The notes: generated by a model not told the origin, from the letters alone. A stretch of 64,000 nucleotides of DNA from Schizochytrium sp. TIO01 (GCA_004764695.1 SMSO01000031.1:4998436-5062435), one strand, 5' to 3'. Numbered from the stretch's first letter, positions 32,176 through 44,132 are shown. Numbers and translations are program-made.

Positions 32176-33687
32176 TAGCTCACATCATGGCTAAATATGT
32201 CACCAATTGTCCGATCGTTGGGATCATCCATGCATCATTGCTTTCCCATTTAGAACTAATCGTACCTAGATCGTGACTCACTGACACCCCAAGGGTCCAC
32301 ATACAAGGCCCGCTATGCTTAGCTAATCCTATCTTTGACCCTCGGACTCCCTACTTCAAACGAGTATGAGATGCTCATCATTAGAAAGAGAAGACTATTA
32401 GCCCCTGGGGAGGGAATACTGCTGCTCTCAGCTATATTGTTTACAACATACTCTAATGTCATACTGCATACACACAAATGAGTATGTATAGTCTTTGTGT
32501 GACTGACCGGCGGGGCCTAGAGGATCCGCCTCATCTGCGTTCCAATTAAATGCTTCTGACAAAGTTTGACGGAATTTTCTTGTCACATTTAGCTTTTGAA
32601 AAAGAGGAAAACATGATGCACATCCTTCCTACTTGAGGTAGGTATATGCACATTGAATATAAGTTTCTGGTTGCGTAATATTAAATTTCTACGTTCGGTT
32701 GCACATTCGTCTCTTATTCTATACCGAACCGTAGACAAATGTTGTTTAGTATTTATCTCGTTAGGTATATAAGTACCAGGGGGGCTCTTTTAGGCACTTG
32801 CAAATATCATTCGCCACGTGCCCACATTAATTGAGATGGGTACACGGCATGCGTCTCGGCAAGCCATGATGTTCAAGTATTGAAATATATCCTGTCACAG
32901 TTACTACAGGAATACTACTTCCCCTCTGCCCTTTCGTTTCGTTTATCTTATTTCTTTCTACAGACCACCTGACATGATTTTAGAGTGGAGGTCTTCTCTG
33001 AATATTCTGCATTTCTTTCTTCTTTTCTGAAATGTTTGTTGATTTGTTACTATTTCGTGCGTGATGTCATTGTCGATAAATCTCACCGCACGGTTTCCCT
33101 GCACACTCGCAGTTTCCTCTCTTTTAAAGCGCTTGTTTCTAGATTCCCTTTCGTTTGTTTTAAAGCATTTAATCGATCTTCGGCATCGTCGGCTCGTGCT
33201 TCTTTCTTCACGATGAAATAATACGCGTCAATTAGTAAATAATCGTGACAGTATATCACATGCTGTTATGATTTCCAAGAATGATTCAGCTAAGTGACTA
33301 TTGCACGTTTTGTATGCCCAACACACAACTGTCATCCCCCAAAGGTTCATGGTAGGTATCAAGGTATTTATAAGAGCTTGATGTACAGACAGTCTGACAC
33401 TTTGAGCAGCACCAGAGCTGACATCAATCACATAGCCATGAAAAAAAACTGGATTATATTATACTGAAGGCATGGTAGAGGGACACACCATGCCATGTCC
33501 TTCTCCAGAATATGAAGCGCCTTTCAAATCGAAAAGCAGTTTAATATGTTAGGATGGGAGAACTTGGTGCATCGCAAAATATATATCAACTACCAGCTGA
33601 TGGAGCCATTCCGTGTGCACTCAAGACAACTGTTGTCGAGATTCTGTTCAAGATTTGTTGGTAGTGCTTCAAAATCGATTATCAGGA

Positions 33688-36597
33688 TTACACTGCCCCT
33701 GCAAACAGCCTACGGATAGCTCGGAGCTGACCCGTATCTCCGTCAGCTGATGCAGAGTACTCTTTCCCTTTAGGAGGCTGTTCTGGCTCCATTCTATAGA
33801 GCGCATTGAGTACGGACGTTGTGAGTGTAGGGGCGAGCATGTGTCCCCACGACACGTACTTTCCAAGAGAGGACTCTACTCGGGGTTCTTTCGTGACCAT
33901 AGCTCGCTCAATCATTTCTGCTGCTTGATCTGGGGTCAAAAGATCAAGATGGTCGTACTTTGAGGCACCAGGACCAGTGACCATGTTTGTACGCACGAGT
34001 GGCATGAAGACATTACTCACTTTGATATTATCAGCTGCCACCTCCGAAGCGATACATTTCATACTCTCAGTCAACGCCGATTTCGATGCAACGTATGCCG
34101 CAAAGCGACCAACAAACGTTTGTTGCGAGATGGAACCTACATTTATGATCTGTCCCTTCTTGCGTTCCCGCATACCGCGAAGCAAGTCGAGCGTCACACG
34201 TATAGATCCATAGAAGTTGAGGTTCATAAGTCGCTCAAAGTCATGAAAGCGATCACGCGTCTGAAACTCAACCGAACGGCGAATTGAACGTCCAGCATTG
34301 TTAACTAGGATATCAACTGCGCCGTATCTTTTTTGCACCTTGTCAAGCATCTCATACGTGGAAGTATCCTGTGACAGGTCAGCTGTAAAAATGTCTGCAG
34401 TTCCACCATGTGCTTCAATTTCGGTCAAAACGGCTTCAAGTTTGTCGAGGGAACGAGCAACAAGCAAAACATGGGCTCCTGCTTTTGCAATACGAAGAGC
34501 CACAGTCTTGCCAATGCCATCAGAAGCGCCCGTAATCATAACAATCTTGCCACCGACTGCACCTCGGAGAGCGCTTGGTTTCTCTAGGCGTGGGTCAAGG
34601 AAACGAACATAGTAATCCCAAAGCCGCCAAGCATATTTGTCAAAACGTGGGCAGCGGATCCCAGTGCCTTCAAGCGCAGCACGCGTTTCCGTGTCATCAT
34701 AATCTGTATTCATTGTCATATACGCAGCTGCTGATTCAGGTATATCAAAGAGATTCTTTGCGAGAAATTCAGGGGCATGCGCCAGGATTGGAATATCTAC
34801 AACCTGTCCCCAAAAGCGAGATGGGATGACAGCTTGTAGAAAGGACGGAATTCGAGCAGAAAAGCTAGGGGCACCTGCTGCCGCAGCGAGAGTATTAAGG
34901 ATCTCAATCACTGTCATTGGCGAGGAATCCACAAGATGGAAAGCTTTACCATTCAAAGCAGGGTCCTGGTCATGCGCAATTGCATCCATAGCTTGTACCA
35001 CAAAGTCCACCGGGACGATAGGGATTGTGTTCCCTTCAATACAGGGGAGAACGGCGAGCGCTGGAAGAAATTTTCGCAAATGTTGAAGCGGCTTGAAATA
35101 GTAATAGAGGCCGTCTACCTTTTCTGCCTCTCCTGTAATTGAGGAGCCGACAACAATACCAGGACGATAAACCCGAAATTCTCCTTTGCATTTGTTGCGC
35201 ACGAGTAACTCCGCTTCGTATTTAGTACGAGCATAGGGGTTTGTAAACTCTTGGCCTTCCTCCAAATTGTCCTCGAACCAGATCCCACTGTGATTACCAG
35301 CTACAACAATACTGCTTGTGTACTGAAAACAGGTTCCCCAAGCATCGAAAAGAGCATTCGCAAACTCGACAGCATAGAGTGTGCCCTCAACGTTTGCCTT
35401 CTCGTTGAACTCAAGAGACTTAGTCATGTCGTAACTTGCAGCAAGATGGAAAAAATGATCCACGCCACCAGATGAAGAACTGGTGTTAGCCTTCCCTCCA
35501 AGAAGTTGCTTTGCGATGCTGTTCTCCAGTCCGAGCCCTGGTTCACTGATGTTAGCATCGAGTGGAATAACACGACTAGCTGCATCTTCACCAAATCGTT
35601 TGTCAATTTTGGCCAAAAGTTTTCCGCGCGATGATGCACGTGTAAGAGCAAAGATGATGGAGTTTGGGTTCCGTGCAAGGAGCTCGCCAATGAGGAAAGA
35701 TCCTAAGAATCCACTTGCACCGGTCATTACATACACGTAACCACCATCTGCAGCTGCATTCTGCATGAGAGTTGCAACAGCATCTGCGGTTACAGGGTCT
35801 TGACTACTATAAAGGTTAGTCATACCCTCAAGGTCTCCCTCTGCTTGGGCAGATGCTAGTTGAAGGGCAGCCTCTTCCGCATGTTCCTCAGCTGATCGAT
35901 TATCAGAAGCAAAGTCAGGTGCAAACCGTCTTACATGCTCAACATACTTTTGCATTGCGACAAGTTTGGGCATATCAAACAAATTTGCCCAAGCACGCCA
36001 ACGTGCATATCGTTCTCTACTGAAACCTCGTGGAGCAGGCACATTACACGGCCCAATCGTTGCCTGCTTGTAGAGTGAGACTAGTAATGATCGCGAGTTG
36101 CTGTTTGCAAAAATGGGACTTCTACGCACGAAGTCCGTGGCTTGCTCAAACTCATGTTCCACCACCTGAGAATCAAGTGAACCGTTTTTGCTTGAACTTG
36201 ATCGATATAACCGATTCTTTGCACTGCGGCTTGCGCGCTTGAATAGATTGCCACCTTTGCCTTTGAGGTTCGTAGCAGCGCGACGAGACGGTTGATTAAG
36301 GGAGTCCGCTTTGTCAAAAGTGCTCATAGCCCAATCCGGGTCAATGTTACGAATCTCTTGAATATATCTCTTCATCGCTGCGTCCTTCGGTAGGCCAATA
36401 ACTTTCTTACGTGCCTGAAATTTGGCATACTTTACTGCATTCATAGATGAGGGTGCGCTATTCGTGTCCACATCTCCTTTCGTAGCTTGATTCCAGAGTG
36501 CATAAACACGAAGTTTTTGGTTGTTCGATGATGTAGCCACAAGCGCGTCTGCGAAGTGCTGCGCTGCAAGCTCAAATTGCTCGTCAAGAGTCGCCAT
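33688..36597 (-). CDS. Tandem ACBP + two-domain fatty acyl-CoA reductase fusion (ACBP-ACBP-extended SDR/thioester reductase-classical SDR), 969 aa
   Basis: ACBP1 LDEQFELAAQ..KLRVYALWNQATKGD..AAMKRYI; ACBP2 FEQATDFVRR..LYKQATIGPCN..RWRAW..AMQKYVE. Reductase 1 TGASGFLG, HLAASYD, NVEGT, YARTK, YRPGIVVG. Reductase 2 ITGASDGIG, NNAGRSIRRS, RFHDFER, FAAYVASK, resembling Acinetobacter Acr1 and Marinobacter Maqu_2507-type enzymes. Confidence 0.9.
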   Translation of the reverse strand: MATLDEQFELAAQHFADALVATSSNNQKLRVYALWNQATKGDVDTNSAPSSMNAVKYAKFQARKKVIGLPKDAAMKRYIQEIRNIDPDWAMSTFDKADSLNQPSRRAATNLKGKGGNLFKRASRSAKNRLYRSSSSKNGSLDSQVVEHEFEQATDFVRRSPIFANSNSRSLLVSLYKQATIGPCNVPAPRGFSRERYARWRAWANLFDMPKLVAMQKYVEHVRRFAPDFASDNRSAEEHAEEAALQLASAQAEGDLEGMTNLYSSQDPVTADAVATLMQNAAADGGYVYVMTGASGFLGSFLIGELLARNPNSIIFALTRASSRGKLLAKIDKRFGEDAASRVIPLDANISEPGLGLENSIAKQLLGGKANTSSSSGGVDHFFHLAASYDMTKSLEFNEKANVEGTLYAVEFANALFDAWGTCFQYTSSIVVAGNHSGIWFEDNLEEGQEFTNPYARTKYEAELLVRNKCKGEFRVYRPGIVVGSSITGEAEKVDGLYYYFKPLQHLRKFLPALAVLPCIEGNTIPIVPVDFVVQAMDAIAHDQDPALNGKAFHLVDSSPMTVIEILNTLAAAAGAPSFSARIPSFLQAVIPSRFWGQVVDIPILAHAPEFLAKNLFDIPESAAAYMTMNTDYDDTETRAALEGTGIRCPRFDKYAWRLWDYYVRFLDPRLEKPSALRGAVGGKIVMITGASDGIGKTVALRIAKAGAHVLLVARSLDKLEAVLTEIEAHGGTADIFTADLSQDTSTYEMLDKVQKRYGAVDILVNNAGRSIRRSVEFQTRDRFHDFERLMNLNFYGSIRVTLDLLRGMRERKKGQIINVGSISQQTFVGRFAAYVASKSALTESMKCIASEVAADNIKVSNVFMPLVRTNMVTGPGASKYDHLDLLTPDQAAEMIERAMVTKEPRVESSLGKYVSWGHMLAPTLTTSVLNALYRMEPEQPPKGKEYSASADGDTGQLRAIRRLFAGAV

Positions 36598-38034
36598 GAT
36601 CTTTGACCTTTCAAGCTTACCTAGATCAGGATGTTCGTTCGATATTTTAGGTTATGCGTGTCTTGCAAAGCGTCTACCCGGAAGATTCTCTTCTACTGGT
36701 ATTTCAGTTTGCAATTCCAAACAATAACAACAAAATTGTGTCCTGGGCGCCGTAGTAAATATGTTAATTCGGAGTAAGGATCTCGATGCATGAAGTTCAA
36801 GGTTTGCTTTTCTGTGCCTTCAAAATTTATGTAGAAAATTGCCTTATACACTAATGGCGCTTGGGTCAAACCCTCGACACTTTTATAAGTCTCAAAGCTC
36901 AGTTATGTACTCATACCTATAGCTTTTGGGTTGGCGACTTCTGCATCGTTTTAAATTTGGTAGTAGCAGTAGATCGCGTGCAATACTCAACGTGCCAGTA
37001 CAGTAGTTTAATTCTATTAAAATCCACCATCATGTACTTCCTGTGACACAGTGGCACAGTGAAGAAAGCACTTCGATCTCCCTCATACCTCTGTCAAGCG
37101 TTCACCAAGTTACCGAGGAAACCTGTTTCCACATTCCGATACCTGGGCTCTGAGCTAGGTAGAGTACTTACTAACTACCAAGACTCACCCGCAAATAAGG
37201 CCACGTCAGCAATGGTGCTGCGTTGCTTTGGAGACCTCAAGAATACTTTGAATGTATGAACAACACCAGCACGTGCATCCCACCTGTGCAAAGTACCTAG
37301 GAGGTAAGACGCCAAAGTCGAGAGAGGATATCTATTAACAGACTGTTGTGCTTGCATCTCTTTATAATTCATATTTACTAATTCTTGTAATAAAAATTCT
37401 CGTACCTCCCTTGCATTGTGCACTAATTGGCTAAATGCAAACACAGATCTCCTACGAACTCGAATAAACTCGTGATGAGATCTGGTCAGGACTGGGTCAT
37501 ATGATTGTCAAAACTGGTCGCACGTCCAGTGACGTTAGCGAGCTTCGCAAGTCTAGCTCAGTTCGAAGGTAAATTCCAGCACAAGTTGAAAGCGTATTTC
37601 CTGTCTCTTCTTCTTGATCTCTCCTTCCAAGTCAGCCGAAACCATCTCGAGTCAAGCGATGTCGGAATTCCGGATTCAACTTGAAGATAGAATATTTCGG
37701 CGCATATATGCACCGAAGTGTTGATTGGATTTATCTACTCAGATACAGGGACATTTCTTGCCAGAGAGAAAACGAAATTGTTTGAAGGAGTTTTTTTAAC
37801 TACCATGGAGTGAAAGCTTCAGAGCAATTAGTATGGTGCTGTTCAGTTTTAGAGAAGAAACTGGAGCTATTCTCATGACAGTTCGCAATGCAGAACAGAA
37901 ATCTAGTGTTGCAGCAAATATTCTCTATTACTTTCAGGGAGTCCAAAAAACGAATGATTCCTTGACTCTTTATGAACGATCTTGGACAAAAAGAAGCAAA
38001 GAGTTGATGCATAGATACAAGATAGGTTTTGTAA

Positions 38035-40930
38035 TTAAAATTGAAATTCCTTGCGGAAAGCATCAAGGTTGCGCTTATCTGTGGCTGCAATAAGGTCGAA
38101 GCGCTCTGCAACTGTGAAACATATCCTCAAGTAAGACCAGATGTGAGTGGCTTCGGGATTCAACTTGAGCGCGGTAAGGTAGCACCGCGCTGCCTCCATG
38201 TAGCTGCCAAGGTTACTGTGGGAAATTCCGAGGTTGAGCCAACCGCGAGCATACTTTGGTTTAAGCTCAAGGGCACGGTGGTAAGCGGGGAGAGCTTCTT
38301 CAGAGCGTTGCCCATTGGCAAGAGTAGCACCAAGCTTGTTCCAGAGTCCATAATCATCGGGCCGGGCGTTAAGTGCCTTCTTAAAAGCGACCACAGCGCT
38401 GTTATAGTCACGGGAAACATTGTACAAAACTCCGAGAACTTCTTGCACACCAGGATCTTGGGGGGCCCATTCTTGTGCTTTGAGCATAAGACGCATGACA
38501 TCATCCATGAGAGAACCGTCACCGTAAAGATCCTCAGATTCAACTTCTAGACCCTGGAAAGAAGGATTGTTTACAACCCATGCCTTGAGGTTTTTAAGAG
38601 CACGCTCCTGATCGAGTTCGTTTACATACGAGACACCGAGGCCAAGCAGGGCATCCAAATGATAGGCATCGTTATCTACTGCACGCTCCAGACACGCAAT
38701 TGCCTTGGGATCTTGATCATTCTCCTGGTGTGCAACACCAAGCATGCGCCACGCATCAGCATGAGAGGTGTCCTTAGTTACAGCTGCTTCAAAGGCAAGA
38801 ATAGCATCGGATATCTCACCTGCTTTGAAAAGCTCAAGACCGCGCTCGTAAGGGTTGTCCTCACTTGTAAACTTGTTGTCACTCATCATTTCATACGGGC
38901 GATCAGCAAGGTTTGAAGTCTGCGTCTCGCTCCACACCTGGTCCATGGCGGACCCGTGTGCTTGCCAGGCTTCCATAAGTCCTGGAGGCATGCTGCCTGT
39001 TGCCTCCTCTAGAGCGTCTTGGTAAACCTGAGCAAAGTCAACTTCCTTACCATCTGTTGTATCCTGCCAAGCCTTGGCAAACTTTTCTTGCATCTTGTCC
39101 ATCGCAGACTGCTCCCAAGCAGCGCCCATGTCTTCTGTGGGTTTGTTTTCTTCCCAAGCTTGTTCAAGCTTCTCGCCTGATTCTTGCCATGCCCCCTCAA
39201 GATTTTTTGGTGCCTGTAAAAAGTCATACAAACAAATTTTGCACAAGTCAGTTTCCTGAATTTAGACGCAGTTATCCAATACATGAATTCGTGGTGCAAG
39301 ATTGTACAGCTAAACCGCCAACAAGAAGGATGACGTAAAACAGCACATCAATTTGAGGTGCTATGTCAAATCAACTGGGATACACTTTGCTACTATGATC
39401 TGCTTTTGACTGCCTGGTTAAAGCTCCATTTTCTCCACCCCAGCATCGTCCATCCAACACACACACGAAGACTCGCAAATTACATACCTTGACACCCGTT
39501 TCGACGACCGTGTTATTTTCAAAAGCAAGTTCTCCGTCGCTGATTTTACTCATAAAATCGAAAAACTCAGATTCGCGGAACTTGGGATTTGAGGCCATCA
39601 CTCGTACAAGGTCGTCTGTTGCACGGCGTGTAGCTTCCATGTCTGGGTTCGTTGCATTCGTTGTCTACACTTGCAAAGATCGCATGATACACAAAAATTA
39701 GCCACTGATCTTTCTTTGTTTTGTTTCCAACACAGATTGCCAACGTGTCATCGCTCTGGCCAAGCAATGGCGCCGCGCTGCTATTCACAGGCTTGCCCGC
39801 CACTTCACTCATCAAGCAAAACGTTGATAAAGTCGCGTTTTGAGATGGCCTTTATGTGATTATTCAATTCTTGACGAAAGATGAATCACAAATGAAAGCC
39901 CAGATCTAGCACGATTTTTTCATCAAACAAAATGCTTTCAAACCAAGATTTTCCGCATGGACTCTTATTCCCTCGCTTCCAGAATGCATCTTCTTTGCAC
40001 TCCAAACCTTTTCACATTATACCTCTCCCCGACACCTTCTCATCTACTTGCAGTAAAGATTTAAAGCGATCAATACAAAGTCTACACTCCAGCGGGCAAG
40101 CAAATGCAGCATATGGCAGTAAATCACAGCACAGCACCATTGATGGACCTTCTTAGCTCGTAAGGCGGCCGGCTTCGGATATTTCTCAAAGCGCGGTCAA
40201 CCAGGACAATCTTGCATGTATTCATGCACTTGATATATGCCTGAATTTTAAATATCAAGCACAAAAAAGTAAAACTTACCTCAGTCTTAGCGGTAGCCTC
40301 CTCGACCCACTTCTCCGCGTTCGGTGCTTCCTTGGGCCCCGCCATTTCTTGGGCCCATTGCTGTGCAGCAGGGAGTGGTGCAGCAGCCTGTTGCCATGCA
40401 TGGTTCATTTGCGACGGAGGCGGGCGTGCTGTCATTTGTCCTGCCCATCGTTGACCCATAGGTCTCGGGCCCTGTTGGCGTCTCATCTGCTCTCGAAATG
40501 CTGCCTCCATGTGCACATTGTGGTGAGGCATGGCTCCACCAAGTTGCATGCGCTCAAAATCGTTAATCCATTGCTCGCCTCCAGGAACAGGGCCGCGAGC
40601 CATCGGGCCACGCATGATGGGGCCATTGGGTCCTGCCGCAGCAGCCCTCATTTGCTCAAACTCGGCTGCAAAGCCATTGGCAGTGCCAGGCCCTGCCATG
40701 ACAGGGCCCCGAGGTCCTGCAATTACACCCATACCTTGGGCCATACCCTGATCCACCTCACTCATCTGCTGAGGATTCATGTGCCCGTGGTGCATCTGGC
40801 CATGCATGGGGCCCTGGCTCTGAGGACCGCCCATAGCCTGGTGCACGAACTGAGACATTGGGTTGCGCTGGGCAGCAGTGCCATCTGTGGAGCAGCCTTG
40901 TTGGCTAGCGAGGGCCTTAAGAGCGTCCAT
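38035..40930 (-). CDS. PEX5: Peroxisomal PTS1 receptor PEX5, ~668 aa; exons 40930-40280, 39664-39488, 39213-38035
   Basis: N-terminal conserved Cys motif (QQGCSTDG..NPMSQF), WINDF pentapeptide, PEX7-binding-type motif KFRESEFFDFMSKISDGEL and C-terminal TPRs (AILAFEAAV, AWRMLG..ENDQD, LWNKLGATLANG..SEEA..AYHRALELKPKYARGWLNLGIS). Both introns are GT..AG and phase 0. Confidence 0.95.
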
Positions 40931-41649
40931 GGTGGCCTTGAAATTGAAGTTCTTCGATAATCTAGCTTGCGTGTATCTTAATGGTGGAACGCGATTGAAG
41001 ACTCGACGTTCCTAGGAGACTATTGTAAAGAAAGTATCGCAGATGTTTGTTTGTACGGACCAAACGGATTGCAAGGTATTCTCAAGTACCCTATCTGTGC
41101 AAGATACTGTCGAGCAGTTGCTTACTTATCCTCCGCCGGGAATGAAGAAATAACGAGGCAAGTGCCAGCTAGAAGAACGGAGATCCGAGAGAGGTCAGTC
41201 TACTCACGCACTCACTCGTGGTCGCTGCCGCGTCGAGCGACGCAACTGGGGTCCCGAAGGGTCGCCGCCGTCGTGTCCGGATCTGGCTTCGGCCCTGGGA
41301 TCGGCGTCGAAGCGGTATTGAGCGCGGTCGATGTGCTTGCTTTTCTGGACTTGTCTCCAAGTCGATTGTGAATTGAATGACTTTTCATTTCCTCGCCTTT
41401 TACAAAACATTTTCTTTTAAATCCTTCTTTTAAAACCCACTTCAATGCACTTTTCCCATAGTAATCATACTCTGGGAAAAGCGGAAAGAACTGCAGATGA
41501 ACAGACCCTCTAAGCGCGAGGATCTCGGCGTGAATTCCGCCCCAAATCCGGCTGCAAGAGATTTCTGGCACGCTCAAAGACTGCTTAGCACCCTCATACC
41601 CCCGCCACAGCTGAGGACCGAATAAGGGTTCGAATGCTCTGGATGGATG

Positions 41650-41696
41650 TATCTATCTACCTATCAATCTATCAATCTATCAATCTCTCAATCTAT
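41650..41696. repeat. (CTAT/CAAT)n degenerate tetranucleotide tract
   Basis: atctatctacctatcaatctatcaatctatcaatctctcaatctat read directly. Confidence 0.65.
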
Positions 41697-43569
41697 TCAC
41701 CCCTCATCGTTTACAACTCATCAGCGTAATAGGCAATAAACGCGGATCGTCCATTGCAAATCGTCAGAGACGATCAATCAACTAAATTGGGAGTGGATCT
41801 CTGAAAGTAGCCGAGCGTGGGCCAAAGCAATGCACAACGACAATCGAAGCAGAGGTTGGCAAGAGCAGATGGGCGTGAGTTCACGAGAGTGAGTGGCCTC
41901 GTGAGAGTGGACTTTGCTTTCTTTTGGAGTATTCTGTTCACTACATCAGCCAGCTCCTCTAACGCTTTACGCAGAAAGAAACTTGTTTTTAAACCTTTAA
42001 GAATGGAAACAAAAAAATAAAAACAAACCATCATCACAGTATTAGTAGTGATAGATAAATAGATAGCGATAATGAAGTTTCTCCTCACTCCGTCGTGTGC
42101 CACGACGGCGTAAGAGTACACTATCCCTCGCTAGGGATGCAGGGAATTCAAAAATAAACGGGGCCGAATATGGGAAAGCGCCAAACCCCTCAGAAAAACT
42201 CGTATGTGTCGTTCCTCTGCCTGCGTCGCACACTCTCTCTCTTTGGTCGCCATATAGAAGGTGAAAGCTTCCCAAGATCTCAGGCCTCCTGCTAGGGCGC
42301 CCCAACTCCTTACTTACAATGAACGGTCAACTACAACGTTTAAACGCCACGTCCGCCCTCCAGATCAAAGGAACAGAACTGCACTATATAGCCCACGCTT
42401 CCAAAGAACACTTAGTTACCCGTATTCCCCACCCTTCTTTTTGCTGCCTTATCCGCAACAAACTCTCCTTCTTCGCAGTTCGCAAATTCCCATTCCCTCC
42501 CTTCCCCTTATTCCCACATTTCCCATACACAAACGCAATTCGAAGAACCATCCGAAACCAGGTTGAACAACCCTTTTCCTTATTGGATAATATCATGAAT
42601 TAGTAATAATTAGGTAACGAAGGGAACCGCCTGAACCTTGGCGTCTTTGGAGCGGCGTCGGGGAATATGGGGAACATAGAAGGGATAGGGTTAGGGTATT
42701 GAGGGTGGTGGCTGGGGCTCGGGAGCGGATTTTGATAAGTTGGGTTTAGTATGGGGAACGGATGGGTGGCGGAAAGGAGGGGGAAGTAGGGAGTTGAGAA
42801 GGGCGCTCGAGCGAGGAGCGGCGGCAGTAGGCAAAGAATTGTTGGACGGGCAGACTAAGCGCAGGTACGTGCGCGCGGGCAAGGCGTGCTGGCTGCACTG
42901 GGGCTCGAGGGCAGTGGTGGTGGCGATGGCGTTGCAGCTGCAGAGCTGTCCTCGCGATTCCTGGAGTTCCGAAGCGGCGGTCAGCGGACCCTCGGATGCG
43001 ATGATGGCCATGATGCCATGACTCACATGGCTGGTGGCCAGCTTTGACACGAGGGACAGCGAGCTCTTTGTAGACAATGGGTCTACCTCGGGCAGGAATG
43101 AGGAGGACGTGGACGACTGCTGCGATATCTACACACAATTTTACAGCTTCTGACAGCGGAGGCACGAGGTTGAGGAGTTCCTGCCATATGCTTCCGGGTG
43201 ACTTTTAACATAGACTCGCTCTTATTAATTAAGTGGCCAGCGTGCCTTTAATTTAATTGGGAAGTGAATTAGCGTTATTTAAGACCTTGGTTGGTTGGGA
43301 ACAACTTTGTGCGAAAGGTCAATATCAGAAACCTAATTGCCTTCAGTGGCATATTGCCAAATCTGCGACCGTGGTCTGTGAAGAAGCAAGTGGAGATTAT
43401 TGTGTGGAGAAAGTAGTGGTGACTTGCGTCTTCCTTCCCGACGAGCTGGGACAAACTGGATGGGGTTCGCTACATTTCATAGGGACAGGACGGAAATACT
43501 GACGAATTGTTATATGCATTTGCTCTCAATGGTATAAATTTACAGTCTAGCTAATCTTCTTTGGGCAAG

Positions 43570-44132
43570 ATGGCCAACCCTCAGTCGCTTAACAAGCGCC
43601 CTATTATCAAGAAGAAGGTCAACAAGATCAAGAGATGGCAGTCTGACCGCTTCATGCGTGTTGGTGTAAGTGAATATCGACTTTAGAGCATGTTAATGCT
43701 TGACAGACACTGCAGTCTCCCTAGTTCATCGGAGCTGAGTTTGGAGAACTATCGGTGCGGAGTGAGGAAGAGATGACTAACCCAAATGTTTTTTACTATG
43801 CAATAATAATTTAATATATACAGGAGTCCTGGCGTGCTCCCCGCGGTATTGACTCCCGCTTCCGCCGCCGCTTCAAGGGCACTGGCCCCCAGCCCGGTAT
43901 TGGCTACGGCTCCAACAAGAAGACCCGCAACCTTCTCCCCAACGGCTTCTACAAGTTCGTCGTCTCCAACACCAACGAGCTCGACCTTCTTCTCATGCAC
44001 AACCGCAAGTACTCTGCTGAGATCGCCCACAACGTGTCCAGGGAAAAGCGCCGTGCTATCCTCGACCGCGCTGAGCAGCTCAACATCCGCGTGACCAACG
44101 CCAAGGCCAAGATGCGCCAGGAGGAAGCATAA
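43570..44132 (+). CDS. RPL32: 60S ribosomal protein L32 (eL32), 134 aa; exons 43570-43665 and 43824-44132
   Basis: Spliced translation [100 protein letters not shown]. Intron GTAAGT..GACTAAC..CAG; strongly C-ending codon bias. Confidence 0.97.

Noticed and set aside
37059-37720. Short ORFs between the reductase fusion and PEX5
   Set aside because: Under 90 codons, no motifs and no consistent splice model.
42691-43165. GC-rich patch with overlapping ORFs upstream of RPL32
   Set aside because: No frame gives a recognisable protein; probably promoter/UTR or a relic, and not supportable as a CDS.
43666-43823. snoRNA hosted in the RPL32 intron
   Set aside because: A CTGA and short stems exist, but I found no convincing C box (RTGATGA) or H/ACA architecture.
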